DNA from: the human T2T-CHM13v2.0 reference genome, Homo sapiens | Direction: 5' to 3' (one strand) | Length of the DNA: 64,000 bases | NCBI RefSeq assembly: GCF_009914755.1 | Contig: NC_060940.1 | In this document: positions 43,905 through 58,400 of the stretch, one piece after another | Numbering within the stretch: the stretch's first letter is position 1 | Layout: every line of letters starts with the position of its first letter | Translations under genes and position numbers: made by a program | Notes under the pieces: model-generated | What the model saw: only the letters and a program-made list of their open reading frames with translations | The model's database searches: none | Told to the model about the DNA's origin: nothing

Positions 43905-44820
43905 TACGATATATATAATATATAAGATACATTATACACAGTATATATAATATATAAGATACATTATACACGGTATATATAATATATAAGATACATTATA
44001 CACGGTATATATAATATATAAGATACATTATACATGGTATATATAATATATAAGATACATTATACACGGTATATGTAATATATAAGATATATTATACACG
44101 GTATATGCAATATATAAGATATATACGGTATATGCAATATATAAGATATATTATATACGGTATATGTTATATTATAGATGGTATATGTAATATATAAGAT
44201 ATATATGGTATATGTAATATATGATATATTATAGATGGTATATGTAATATATAAGATATATTATAGACGTATATGTAATATATAAGATATATTATAGATG
44301 GTATATGAAATATATAAGATATATTATAGACATATATGTAATATATAAGATATATTATAGATGGTATATGTAATATATAAGATATATTATGGACGGTATA
44401 TGTAATATATAAGATATATTATGGACGGTATATGTAATATATAAGATATATTATGGATGTATATGTAATATATAAGATATATTATGGACGGTATATGTAA
44501 GATATAAGATATATTATAGATGGTATATGTAAGATATAAGATATATTATAGACGGTATATGTAAGATATAAGATATATTATAGACGGTATATGTAAGATA
44601 TAAGATATATTATAGACGGTATATGTAAGATATAAGATATATTATAGACGGTATATGTAAGATATAAGATATATTATAGACGGTATATGTAAGATATAAG
44701 ATATATTATAGACAGTATATGTAAGATATAAGATATATTATAGACGGTATATGTAAGATATAAGATATATATGGTATATGTAAGATATAAGATATAATAT
44801 ATATGGTATATATGATATAT
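43905..44820. repeat. AT-rich VNTR, 32-bp period, roughly 28-29 units
   Basis: Consensus tagacggtatatgtaagatataagatatatta (e.g. starts at 44581 and 44613), with position-dependent variant units. Confidence 0.95.
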
Positions 44821-44890
44821 ATAATATATATTTTTTATATATAAAATATATATCTATATTTTCATATAGTACGACCCTATGAAATGGCTT

Positions 44891-45177
44891 TTTTTGTTTT
44901 TTTTGAGATGGAGTCTCTGTCTGTCACCTAGGCTCCCAGGCTGGAGTGCAGTGGCATAATCACAGCTCACTGTGACCTCTGCCTCCTGGGCTCAAGCAAT
45001 CCTCCTTCCTCAGCCTTGTGAGTAGCATGCCACTACACCCAACTAATTTTTGTATTTTTGGCAGACAGGTCTTCACCACATCACCGAGGCCAGTCTTGAA
45101 ACCCTGAGCTCAAGCCATCCGTCCACCTTGGCTTCCCAAAGTGCTAGGAATACAGACGTGAGCTACCCTCACTGGGC
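44891..45177 (-). mobile_element. AluJ with TSD
   Basis: Antisense Alu with J diagnostics (ctgggctcaagcaatcctc). TSD ccctatgaaatggctt (44875-44890) / ccctatgaaatagctt (45177-45192). Confidence 0.9.
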
Positions 45178-45404
45178 CCTATGAAATAGCTTCTATTCAA
45201 AGATGTCTCTTGGAGACAAAGAGATCAGGTAACTTGCCAAAAGCTATACACATAGACAGTTGTAAAATCAAGATTTGAACCCATGTATGTGGCTCCAGAG
45301 CCCATGTGCTTAATTACCACTCTATGTAATTAAAAAAATCACTAGAGCTTAACTAAAGCCTCAAAAGATTTTTTTTCTCTTTCACAAATTCACAAATAAG
45401 GAAC

Positions 45405-48400
45405 AGAGTTCAAGTTTTGTTCAAAACGGAGTAGGCACATTCCACTCTGTCTCTCCCACTCAACAAAACTAAAAACCCTGAACAAAATGCTCAGAGCAGC
45501 TAGTACTCTGAAAATTAAATGGCAGCAGGCGGGTTAAGGCAGAAAACCAGACTCTGAGTACCACTAGGTTAGTGATGAGTTCCCCGTATTTCCTCCCTGT
45601 AGTACCTCCTGACCCAGAGTCGAAGGCATTGTGAGATCCAGAACTTCATATGAAGAGCAAATGGGAAGGATTCCAAAAAAATCTCTATTTCTGGTCCAAG
45701 GAGTGGAAAAGAGGAGGTCCTTTGGATAAGAAATAGTGAGGAAAATGCCATTTGTTTTCTATTTGTTTTTTTTAAAAAATTTTATTTCAGCCCAGCCACC
45801 AGGGCAGTTAGACAGTGGTGGTGGTAGTGGTGGCAACAGAAGCTGGACAAGTGCCTGAAACTCAGTTGGAAGGGAGCACTTCTTTCAGACTAGAGAGGCT
45901 GATACCAAGGGTGTAAGGCTAATTGGCCCTGCTCTTTTTCTCTATATATTATCCTGCACCTAGCCCCAGAAGCAGACATATTGTGGGAAGAGAATGGCAG
46001 AGAGAAGAAATTAAGTCACAGCTTTTAAGTCCAAAAACCAGGAAAGAGGATTCCTGTGGCCCAGTTAGTATTTGGGAGATCACAGAAAGTAGACTTCAGA
46101 GAATAGTACCAAAACATTTTGTATAAACTCCTGTGCTTACCCTGAGCTATGCATACCTGAATCTGATCTCACACAACATACCAAAGACTTTAAGAACTGA
46201 ACTGAATGGTAGACCACTGTTCCATCCTCAAACTAGCACCGCATGGCATTCGCATGGGGTGGGTAAAAATGGCACTGCAAAGGCTTTGAAAACTGGACTA
46301 ACAAACATTGAAACAAGAGCTCAGAGGAGGCACGTAGAAACGTGTAGCCTGAACAAAACCTAGTTGGATGCCTGCTAAAACAAACAAATAAATAAATAGC
46401 ATCCTTCATATAATTTAATAAAAGCAAGAGTGACTAAGATAACATTCAAAAAGTCCAGGGTACAAAGAACCAAAACAATATCAACATTTGGGAAGAAAAA
46501 AGACAAAGCACACCAACCTGAAGACAGGACAGATGCTGGGATTTCCAGACTTGGACATGAAAGCATCTCTTTTAAACATGCCCCCAAAGGTAATGGTGAA
46601 TCGTGTTGCCCAGGCTGGTCTGAGGTGAATCATCTTCTAAAAATGAAAAAGATAGAAAATTTCAGTAGATAAAATATAGAAAAGATTTCTAAAAGCAAAT
46701 AGAAATATTAGAGCTAATAAACCACAATAACTGGAATCAAAAGATTTAGTTGATGGGCTTAATAACCAATGAAGATGACAGAAGAAAGAGTTGGTGAACT
46801 TACAGATAGATCAATAGAAATATTAAATCTCAATAGCAGTGAGAAATGAGATTGGGGGAAGAACAGGTAAACAGATTTACAGAGATCTATAGAATAATGT
46901 CAAAAGGTCTAGTATTCATGTCATCGGAATCCCACAACGAGTTGATAAAGAATGTGGCAAAGAAAAAAAAATTATAAAGGCTCACTCCTCAAATTTGGTT
47001 AAAAAGATAAAAGAATAGATTCAAGAAGCTCAGCAAACACCAAACGGTGTGAAATTTAAGAAATCCACACTCAGATACATCAAAATCAACATGCCAAAAA
47101 TTAATGACAAAGAAAACATTTTGAAAGCAGCCAGAGAGAAACAGGGCATTGCATAAAGAAGAAAAATGATTTGAATGGCTGCAGACTTCTCAGGGAAGCT
47201 GGAAGACAGTGGAACAACACATTTAAAGTGCTAAAAACCGAGAATTGTCAACCCAGAATTTGATATTCAGTGATATTTTTAGAAATAAACATGAAGTGAT
47301 GACATTCTGAGGCGAAGGAAAACTAAGAGAGTTCATCTCCAGAAGACCAGCTCTTTAAGAAATACTAAAGGAAGTTCTTCAGACTGAAAGAAACTGATCC
47401 CAGAGGGAAACATAAAAGACCAGGAATGGGGAAAGAACAACAGAAATGGTAAACATATGGGTACATGGAATAGATATTTTTCCTCTTAAGTTCTTAAAAA
47501 TAGATATGAAAGTTGAAAGCAAAAATTATAAAGTTTATGACATTTTCAGTGTATATAGATGTAGCACATATGAAAACTAAAAAATAAATGGAATAACATG
47601 TTCTTTATGATGCTAAGGTTTATACATCCTACTTGAAGTGGGAAAATATTAATTCTGAGTAATCTATAAAAAGTGAAGTGTTCCGTTTACCTATGTAACG
47701 AACCTGCACGTTCTGCACATGTATCTTGTTTTTTTTTAAGAAGAAATAAAGAAAAAAAGTGCAGTGTTTACATTTTAACCTCTCAAATAACCACTAAGAG
47801 ATTATACAAAGAGATTATAAAAAGCTTAATAGGTAAATTAAAAATGGCATATGAAAGATATTTCAATAATCCAAAAAAGGCAAGAAAGGAAAACAGAGAA
47901 ACAAAAATAGAAGAAATAAACAGAACATTTTAGTGCTTGTGTTAGAAAATAAGAAAAGTCTCAAGTCAATAGTCTATGCCTCCACCATATGAAATTCAAA
48001 AAAGAAGAACAAAATAAAATCAAAGCAAAAAATAACAAAGATAAAAATGGAAATTAATGAAACTGAAACAAGAAACTAATAGAAAAAAAAGTTGAAGTTC
48101 TTTAAAATTGATAAATCTCTAATAATATTGGCAAAGAAAAAAGAAGACATAAATTCCCAAAGTCAGGAACGAAAGATGGATTATCACAACAGAACCACAG
48201 ACATTAAAAGAATATTAGATAAATACCACAAATAACTCTATGCACATAAATTTGACAATTTAAATGAAATGGGCAATTTATTTTGAAGCCCCATACTACC
48301 TTAACTCACTCAAGAAGAAATAGATAACTTGACTAGTATTCTGTCTATTAAAAATTAAATTCCTCATTCACAATTTTCTTAGAAAGAAAAATACAGGTCC

Positions 48401-50010
48401 AGATTCCTGATAAATTCAGCCAAGGATTTGAAGAAAAATATTTCCAATACTAAACAATCTTTACCAGAAAAAAAAAGGAAGCTCTCAGACTCATTTATGA
48501 GGCTAGAATTACTCTCATACTAAAGCCAGACAAAGTCGGCTAAAGAAAACTACAGACAAATATACATCATGAACATAGCAAAAATTCTTAACAAAATGTT
48601 AGCAAATCAAATTTAGTAACATAAAAAAAGAATAATACAACATGATCAAATAGGGTTAATCCCAGGAATGTAAGCCTGGTTCAACATATAAAAATAATTT
48701 TTAAAAATCCATCATATAATAGACTAAAGAAGAAAAAACACCTAGATATATAAATTTGTGTGAAAAAAGCAGAAAAACCAGCATTTATTTAACATGAAAA
48801 CTCTCATCAAACTGGGGACTAGAAAAAAACTTTATTAATTGATAATGGGCACCCCAAAAAAAAGAAAAAAGAAAAAAACACTGCTGACCACATAAAAAAG
48901 AAAATACTGAAAGCTATTTTTCCCCAAGATCAGGAAGAAGCCAAGGATGCCCACTCTCACCACTCCTATTTACCATTATAGTGGGAATCCTACTCAATGC
49001 AATAAGTTAAGCAAAATACATAAAAGGCACACAAATTGGAGAGAAAGAAATTAAACCGTCCCCATTCACAGACATGTTTGTCTATGAAAAATAAAGAGTA
49101 GTGAATCCAGAAAAAAAGGTTCTTTGAGAGTTCAGTAAGGATAAAAGGTTAATCTACAAAAATATATCAAATTTCTATGTATTATCAATGAAAAATTAGA
49201 ACCTGAAATTTGAAAAGTAATGCCATTTAAAATAGTTTCAAAATATGAAATATTTAGGTCTCTATCTAACAAAGTGTATACAGACTCCATATACTGAGAA
49301 TTACAAAATTCTTGTGAAATAAATCAAAGTTCTAGGTAAATGCAGAGACAGATTATATCCATGGATTAGAACACTCAATACAGTTAAGATATAAATTGTC
49401 ACCAAACTGATCTATAGATTTGATTCCATTCCAACCAAAACCCTGTCAGGATTTTTTGGCAGATACACATATGCTAATTATAAAATTTATACAGAAAGGC
49501 AAAACAATTAAAATAGAATATTACTTAAAAATAAATAAAATGAGAGGATTTACACTATTCAATTTTAACACTGCTAAAAATCTAGAGTAATCAAAACAGT
49601 GTGGTATGGGGTAAAGGGATATGCTTATAGGAAAATGGTAAAGAATACAGAGCCTATAAGTAAACTCAGACAAATATGGCCAATTGATTTTAAACAAAGA
49701 TAGAAAGGCAATTCAGCAGAGGAAAGATACTTTCTAACAAATACTGTTGGAACAACTGAATATCCAACCAAAAATTAATGTCAACCTAAACCTCACACCT
49801 TATACAAAAACGTAACTAAATATGGGTCTAGATTCAAATGAAAAATACATAACTATAAAACTCTTAGAAGAACATAGAGAATCTTTATAGTTGAGGTATT
49901 GGTAGAGTTCTTAGACATGATACCAAAAAGCATAATTTGTAAAATAAAATCTTGATATATTAGATTTCTTCAAAACTATGAACTTTTCCTCTGCAAAAGA
50001 CACTGTTGAG
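45405..50010 (+). mobile_element. Old L1M (L1MC/MD-like): 5'UTR, ORF1 and ORF2 remnants, 5' part
   Basis: ORF1-like 'gattcaagaagctcagcaaacaccaaac...ttgaaagcagccagagagaa' and ORF2-like 'ggatgcccactctcaccactcctatt'; continues after the nested L1 at about 52860. Confidence 0.8.
47683..47753 (+). mobile_element. ~70-bp L1PA8A-like 3' terminal insertion with 15-bp TSD
   Basis: 'tttacctatgtaacgaacctgcacgttctgcacatgtatcttgttttttttttaagaagaaataaa'. TSD aaaaagtgaagtgtt (47668-47682) / aaaaagtgcagtgtt (47754-47768). Confidence 0.85.
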
Positions 50011-52858
50011 TGACATCATAGAGATGGGGTCGGGAGCATGAAGAATCAGTTCCTTCACTGAGCAACAAGTAAGATGACATAAGATTACAGAATCAGCTTT
50101 TTCACAATTCTGGGATCTAATTTAAAAATTTAGAGGTCACCAGTGATTCACATCTGTAATCTCAGCACTTTGGGAGGCCAAGGCAGGAGGATTGCTTAAG
50201 CCCAGGAGTTTGAATCTAGCCTGGGCAGCATAATGCGACCCTGTCTGTATTTTAAAAATTAAAAATTAGCCCATCATGATGGTGGATGCCTGCAGTCCCA
50301 GTTACTCAGGAGGCTGAGGTGGGGGGATGGCTTGAGCCCAGGAGGTCAAGGCTGCAGGGAGCCATGATTGTGTCACTGCACTCCAGCCTGGGCAACAGAG
50401 TGAGAACCTGTCTCAAAAATAAATAAATAAATAAATAAATACATACATACATACATACATACATGCATACATACATACATACATACATACATACATAAAA
50501 TTGGAGCAACTAGGGGAGGGTTTCATGGGGAAAAAAAGTAAACTTAGATTGGAAAGCATTATGGCATTTTGCTTACCAAAACTCATAACTCATAAACTTT
50601 CATGTAAGAAACTCAGAAAATTACAAATAGAAGGGAGCTCCCTTAACATGACAAAAGGCATTCATGAAAAACCCATGGTTATCATACTTAATTGTGAAAA
50701 ACCAAAAGCTTTCCTTACAAGATCAAGAACAGGCAAGAATGTCTAGTCTTACCACTTTGATTCAACATTGCACTGGAAGTTTCAGTCAGGACAACTAGGC
50801 AAAGAACAAATGAACAACGTCCAGATTGACAAGGATGAAGTAATAGTCTCTATTTGCTGATGACATACCACGCCAAAAAAAAATCATTAGCACTAATACA
50901 TGAGTTCAGCAGTTTGCAAAATATCAGATAAATTTACAAAAATTAAGTGTATTCCTATACACCAGCAATGAATTGAAAATAAAATTAGGGAAACTATTTC
51001 ATTTATAATAGCATTACAATGAATAAAATTATTCGGAATAAATTTCATGAAAGAAGTGCAACACTCATACCTCTAAAACTATAAAGTGTTGTTGAAAGGA
51101 ATTAAAGATCTAAATAAATGGAAAGACATCCTATAATCATAGATTGGAGACTTAATATTATGGTCAACACTCCCTAAATTGATCTACAAATTCAGTGCAA
51201 TCCCTACCAAAATCTCAGATGGCTCATTTGCATAAATGGACAAGTTGATTCTAAAATTCATATGAAAATGAAAGGGAGTCAAGAGCCAAAACAATATTGA
51301 AAAGGAAGAACAAAGATGTAGGACTCACACTTCCAGAATCAAAAATTTACTATAAAGCTAGTGTAATTATGATTTTGTGAGACTTCTATAAGGATAGGCT
51401 ACAGATCAATGAAATAGATGAGAGTCCAGAAATAAACCCATAAACTTATGGGCAATGATTTTCGACAAAGGTGCCAAGATAATCCAGTAAGTAGAATATA
51501 GTCTTTTCAACAAAAGGTGCTGGAACAACTGCCTGACCACATGCAAAGGAATAAAATTGAATCCTTTCCTCATATCACATACAAAAACTAGCTCAAAATG
51601 GATTTTAGACCTAAATGCAAGAGCAAAAACTATAAAACACTTAGAAGAAAATATAAGGACAAATTTTTGTGACATTGGATTAGGCAATGATTTCTTAAAT
51701 ATGACACCAAAAGCATAAGCAACAAAAGAAAAAAAGTAAATTGGACATCATCAAAATTAAAAACTTTATTGTTAAAGGACATCATCAAGACACTGAAAAA
51801 CACCTGCAGAATGGAGGAAAATTTTTGCAAATCTTATATCTGATAAGAGATTAGCCTCTAGTATACATAAAAAACCCTTACAACTCAACAATATAAAGAC
51901 AAGTAACCCAATTTAAAAATTGGCAAAGAATTTAAGTAGACATTTCATCAAAGGAGATATGCAAATAACCAATAAGCACATGAAAAAAATATTCAACATC
52001 ATTAGTCATTAGGAAAGTACAAATCAAAGCCACCATGAAACACCACTTCATGCCCACTAGTATTGTTATAATCAAAAAGATAAACAACAAGTTTCAGCAA
52101 GGATGTGGAGAAATTGGAAGCCTTATACATTTTTCATGGGAATGTAAAATGGTGCATCCACTGTAAGAAGGCCCACAGTTATCATACTTAATGGTGAAAG
52201 ACCGAAAGCTTTCCTTGCAAGATCAGGAACAGGCAAGGATGTCTAGTCTTACCACTTGTCACTTCCATTTTATCAATTCCTCATGATGGTCAACATAGAG
52301 TTTTCATATGACTTAGAAATTCTACTACTAAAGAATTCCATCCAAAAGAATTGAAAAAATATATCCATACAAAGCCTTGTACATGAGTGGTCATAGCAGC
52401 ATTATTCATAATAGCCAAAAAGTGGAAACATCCCAAACACCCATCAACTGATGAATGAATATACAAGGTATGTTATATTCATATAATGGAATGTTACCCA
52501 GCTAGAAAAGGAAATGAAATATCCGTATGTGCTGTGACATGAATGAACATTAAAATTTTAATGCTAAGTGAAAGAAGCCAGTCACAGAAGACCACATACG
52601 TGTGATTCTATTTATATGGAATATCAGAATAGGCAAATAGGCATAGAAATTGTATCAGTGGTTTCCAGGGGATGCTGGGAAGGGGAGAATGGGGAATAAC
52701 CAGTAATGAGTATAGAGTTTCTTTTTGGTGTGATGAATGTGCTCTGAAATTAGTGGTGATAGTTGCACAACTTTATGCATAAGCTAAAAAAATTCCACTA
52801 AGTTGTACACTTCAAAATGGTGAGTTTTATGGTATATGAATTATTTCTCCATTTTCAA
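50010..52858 (+). mobile_element. Nested L1MB-like element (short 5' remnant joined to ORF2 RT through 3'UTR)
   Basis: RT-region 'tctctatttgctgatgacat'; 3'UTR 'gctaagtgaaagaagccagtcacag...gtacacttcaaaatggtgagttttatggtatatgaattat'. Confidence 0.8.
50135..50497 (+). mobile_element. AluJ with compound (AAAT)n(ACAT)n tail
   Basis: J diagnostics (ggattgcttaagcccaggagttt, gcttgagcccaggaggtcaaggctgcag); microsatellite tail at 50417-50497. Confidence 0.92.
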
Positions 52859-52859
52859 A

Positions 52860-54049
<1,190 letters not shown>

Positions 54050-55149
54050 CTATCATTTGTCAAGCATTCACCCTCTGTCAAGCTCTTTACTGATACTTCT
54101 GTCATCTAATCCTCTCAACATTATTATGAGGTAGATAAATAGTGTCAAAGCCAAGAGTGATCCAACATCCAGCCTACCAAGCATGTAAAGACAGAAGAAT
54201 GGTTTCTATCTCTTTATAGTCTCTGTCAGAAACTGGAGTTCCAGGAACACAGTGGCATGTCATTTGTCACAACTGGTTTGTTGCTTATGAAGATGTAAGG
54301 GTGTTTTTTAATGTGTATTCCTCATCATGACAACAAAACCGTCTCAGCAAGAACTTAAGTGATGATTCATATGTGCTCATCATTTCTTGCTGCCACGTGG
54401 TACCTGACACCAAATGGCTCCTGCTCTAAATAGAAATTATTGGCAACTTCTCCCCATGAGGAATGAGAGGTAATTGTCTAGTCTGAAAAATTAGATTGGT
54501 GCAATCAGAAAGGTAGTTAAGGCACAGCCAGGACTGCAGAAACTTCCCTATAGAAGAAAAATATTGTCAACATGGTAAAAGCCAGAGATTATAATGTTAC
54601 TAAACCATGAATATAAACTTTGTGCAGCATCTACAGTCAGTGCTAACTTTCAGCATCATTTAAAAGCAACTGTTTTCTAGAAAATAGAATTTTCAGGTAG
54701 AGTAAGAGATCCAGTCCTAACTCAAACTCTGATTTTAAGATGTCATGCCCCTGCTCCAGAACTTCCACCAATGACCCTTTGTTTACCAAGTGAAGAGCCA
54801 ACAAACCTATCTGGGTTTCGAAACCCTCCCCATTCTGCCTTCCCTTGACCACGTGGTGGAAAACTCAGCTGCCGTCTTCCCCAAGTTTTACTTTTTCCAA
54901 TCTCAACCCCTGGGGCCTGATGGTCTTCTCAGTTTTCCCGGTTATTCCCCACATTTCCTGGGGAAGAACTATGATTGGCTACCCTTTGGTCAGATAACCA
55001 TGCTTAGACCAATCAATTGTGACCAGTGAGGCTAACACAGCAGTACAATGCTGTGGGAGCAGAGCAGAAAAAGCAAAGCAGTGGTTCCAATCCAAAAAAC
55101 ACCTGTCTTGACCAGCCCTACGACTCTCCCTCCTCTGAATGCTTTGTTA

Positions 55150-55345
55150 GGATAGCTGACATATACTGAATACTTACTATATACTAAGCACTTGAGACCA
55201 TTTTCATTTAATACTCAGTGAGATAACTGTTATTATGTCCGTTTTAAATTGAGAAAATGGAGGCATGTAGAGGTTATATAACTTTCCCCAAATCACAGAG
55301 ATAACAGGTAATAGAACCAGGGCCTGTGCTGTGACCAAGGTGACT
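55150..55345 (-). mobile_element. MIR SINE
   Basis: 'ttattatgtccgttttaaattgagaaaatggaggcatgtagagg...actttccccaaatcacagag'. Confidence 0.75.
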
Positions 55346-56929
55346 TGTTGCTAATTTTTAGAGTATATACTACTGAATCAACTCTGGGCACTAACATACC
55401 TTTTAAGGGAATTTATCATTTCACATTTATTCTTATGTTTCCAGCTAGATTGTGGAGGGAAGCTAGGTTTTTTCTCTTTCCCTATACCCCACACCTTAGC
55501 CCCAGATATGCCCTGCAATCAAGACCCGAGAGTGCAAGGTCCCCAGGTGAGATATGATAAGCGCCTGCCAAGGAAGGAACAGATGGGTCTGCTAAATGGT
55601 GAAATCAAGTCCCTGCCACATGAACGGCAATAAGCATCCCACATAAAATAATTATTTCTGGTTTGCTTGGCAGGTTGGATGAAGTCCGAGGGAAGGTTAA
55701 TTTATCTTTCACAGCTTTGAGCCTTCAAGCTGTGGTTTCCCGAGTGAAAAGGATCTCTTTTCAATGATTCTTTGCAAGATCCATTTAGTCATGACAGAAC
55801 TACCTCCTCCTCAATGAGTCACAAAGTTTATTTGGGGTCCCTTTGCTGGCTAAGAACCACGATGTAGGGATGGGCTATTTAAGTCATATGGAGATGTACA
55901 TGTATAGCGAAGGTCTGTAGTAGAGTAGGTAGGATACTAAAATAGCTTCAAGTTTTAGATGCCAATTAGCTCTACCATGTAAAAGCTGTATAAGGATTGT
56001 CTCATCTGTGGAATGGGTATAAACATATATGGCTAATCAGTTTAGGAATACGATGAATATTAAATGAGATAAAGATTATTAAATAAAACTTGGAATGATT
56101 AAGGGTGCTTAGAAACTTCAAGAAACAGAATCCAGACATAAATGGAGCCTTTTGATCTATGCTGAAATGGCAAAGCTCCCGGTTTTCCCTGCCTATTAAT
56201 GCTTCTGACTTTCTTTCTCACCTCTGTTTTCTGAGGCCCTCCCTTCCTCCTCTTAGGTCCTAACTGTTAAGGCTTTGCATTGCAGGATCAGAAGAACCAG
56301 TATTTTTATGTGTCTTTCAATAACCAATTGCTTACTTCCATTGAATGGTAAAGGTCTAATGTTGATAAGAATTCAGTGCCATCATTATGAATATCTGATC
56401 CAACTCAATTCAGTCTCTTTTTCACAGAAATTTAGTTTGCTCAGGCAATCCATGGTGGCCAAAGACAGTTCAAGGATTTCATCTCCAAAATGCCTGATAT
56501 AATGCCCCAAAGAGACACACACTCAGTCCTCATTCAGTCTTGCTTACTCTGCCTGGGACAGAAACTATTCCCTACTTGTAGCGAAGCAGGTAATTTCACA
56601 CGCTGGGAAGAGAAACATGTAATGGTAAATGTTTTGAGATTTGTCAGTGATGAAAGACATCCAAAAGTCTTTCTAAAACATAAACAGTCATAATTGCAAA
56701 AATAAAAAAGAAAAAATATTTTAGTTGATTTTAGTTGGAAAATAGTTTTAGCACTTACATTGTAAGATGACGTGTGTTGTTTCAGTAGCCTTACCCCCTT
56801 CTGTGAATAACACTTTCTGTGCATAACCTTCACCCATCTGTGCATCCCCACAGCAAATCCACATAGTTTGCTAGATATAGAATTCATGGTCAACGGTTCA
56901 TTTATTTCAACACTTGAACAATATTGCAT

Positions 56930-58400
56930 CACTTAATTCTAGCTTCCATTGTTTCAAATGAGAAGTTTACTGTTATTTGAATTGGTGTGCCCCTATAAAT
57001 AATGCCTTGTCTCTGTGGTTGCTTTAAAGATTTTTTCTTTGTCTTTACTTTTCAGAAGCTTAATTATGATATGTGTTGGTGTGGACCTGTTTGTACTTAT
57101 TCTGTTTGGGGTTATCCCAGCTTCTTGAATGTGTAGTTTTATGATTTTTACCAAATTTAGACAGTTTTAAGCCATTATTTTTCCTCAAATACTTCTTCAG
57201 TACTACTCTCTTTCCTCTCCTTCTGGTACTCCAATGATATAAATGTCCACTTTTTTATTATTACTCCACAGGCCCTGAGACTTTGTTCATTTTTATTTCA
57301 TTCTATTTTCTTTCTGTTGTTTAGACTGGGTAAACTTTATTGATCTATCCTTAAGTTTACAGAGTCTATCCCTTATCATTTCTCTGCAATACCATTGAGC
57401 CCATCTAGTGAGCCTTTCATTACCGTATTTTTCCGTCCTATAATTTCCATTTTGCCCTTTTTATAACTTCTAATTTCTTTGCTGAGATTTTCTACTTGTT
57501 TATTTGTTTCAAGAGAATTCATAATTGCCTGCTAAAGCATTTTAAGATGGCTGCTCAAAAATCCTTATCAGATAATTCCAGCACCTAATTCATCTTGATA
57601 TTAATATCTATTGATTGTCTTTTCTCCTTCAAGTTGTGTTTTTCCTGTTTCTTGGTGTGATGAGTAATTTGTATTATGTCTTGGACATTTTTGATATTAT
57701 ATTATGAGGCTCTAGATTCTATTTACTCTTCTATTTTAAGGAAGACCTCTCATGGCAGTGTAGTGCAAGGGCTAGGTGAACGTGTTCAGCTTTCCCCTGG
57801 GTTCCTTCCTTCAACACCACCCCAAAAATGAAGAAATGATTAATACTACCTCACTGAAGACAGATGGGGTAAAAGTTCAGTTTTGTCCTCAACCCACTGA
57901 CATGTCCCTGGCAAAAATAAGGCTCCAATTCAAATCAACTTACTGCTTTTAAGTTGAAGTGTAAGCTCAGATCCCTGTTGGGCCCCACTGACACAGAGGG
58001 GAAGGAGACAGATGGTTGAAGTGCCACTTTGTTGTTACAGCATAAGAATGGAAGTTCTGCTTCTTGCTGGTTACTGGGGAACTGTGAGGAGTGAAATGTC
58101 AATTAGCTCCATGGTCTACCACTCCATTCCATCATATTGATGACAATTGGGGGTGAAGACCCATAAAAGGGGAGCAGAAACCAGAGTGCTGACTGGCCCT
58201 GCCTCACACTGCCTCATTCAGTCTTCTTGTTGCAGGTGGGTGTGGGGATTCAGCTCTCCACTGAGCCTTGTGGACATTGGGAGTTGGGAGAAGTGGAGGT
58301 GGGATGCTGACTGGCTCCAATACATGCTACCTTATTCAGTCTCATTGACGCTGGGTGTGGGTAGAGATTCAGCTTACCACTGGACCAGGTCAAACACTGT
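56930..58400 (-). mobile_element. Old L1M ORF1 and 5'UTR remnant
   Basis: 'ttgctttaaagattttttctttgtcttta...ttttaagccattattt...ttttaagatggctgct...atccttatcagataattcca' antisense ORF1-region hallmarks. Confidence 0.75.

Noticed and set aside
43905-44820. Regular ~32-bp periodicity superficially like a CRISPR array
   Set aside because: Units are head-to-tail with no unique spacers, there are no cas genes, and the context is primate DNA; it is a minisatellite.
46604-46622. Alu-like 18-mer tgttgcccaggctggtct inside the old L1 5' region
   Set aside because: Too short to call as an insertion without an alignment; no tail or TSD.
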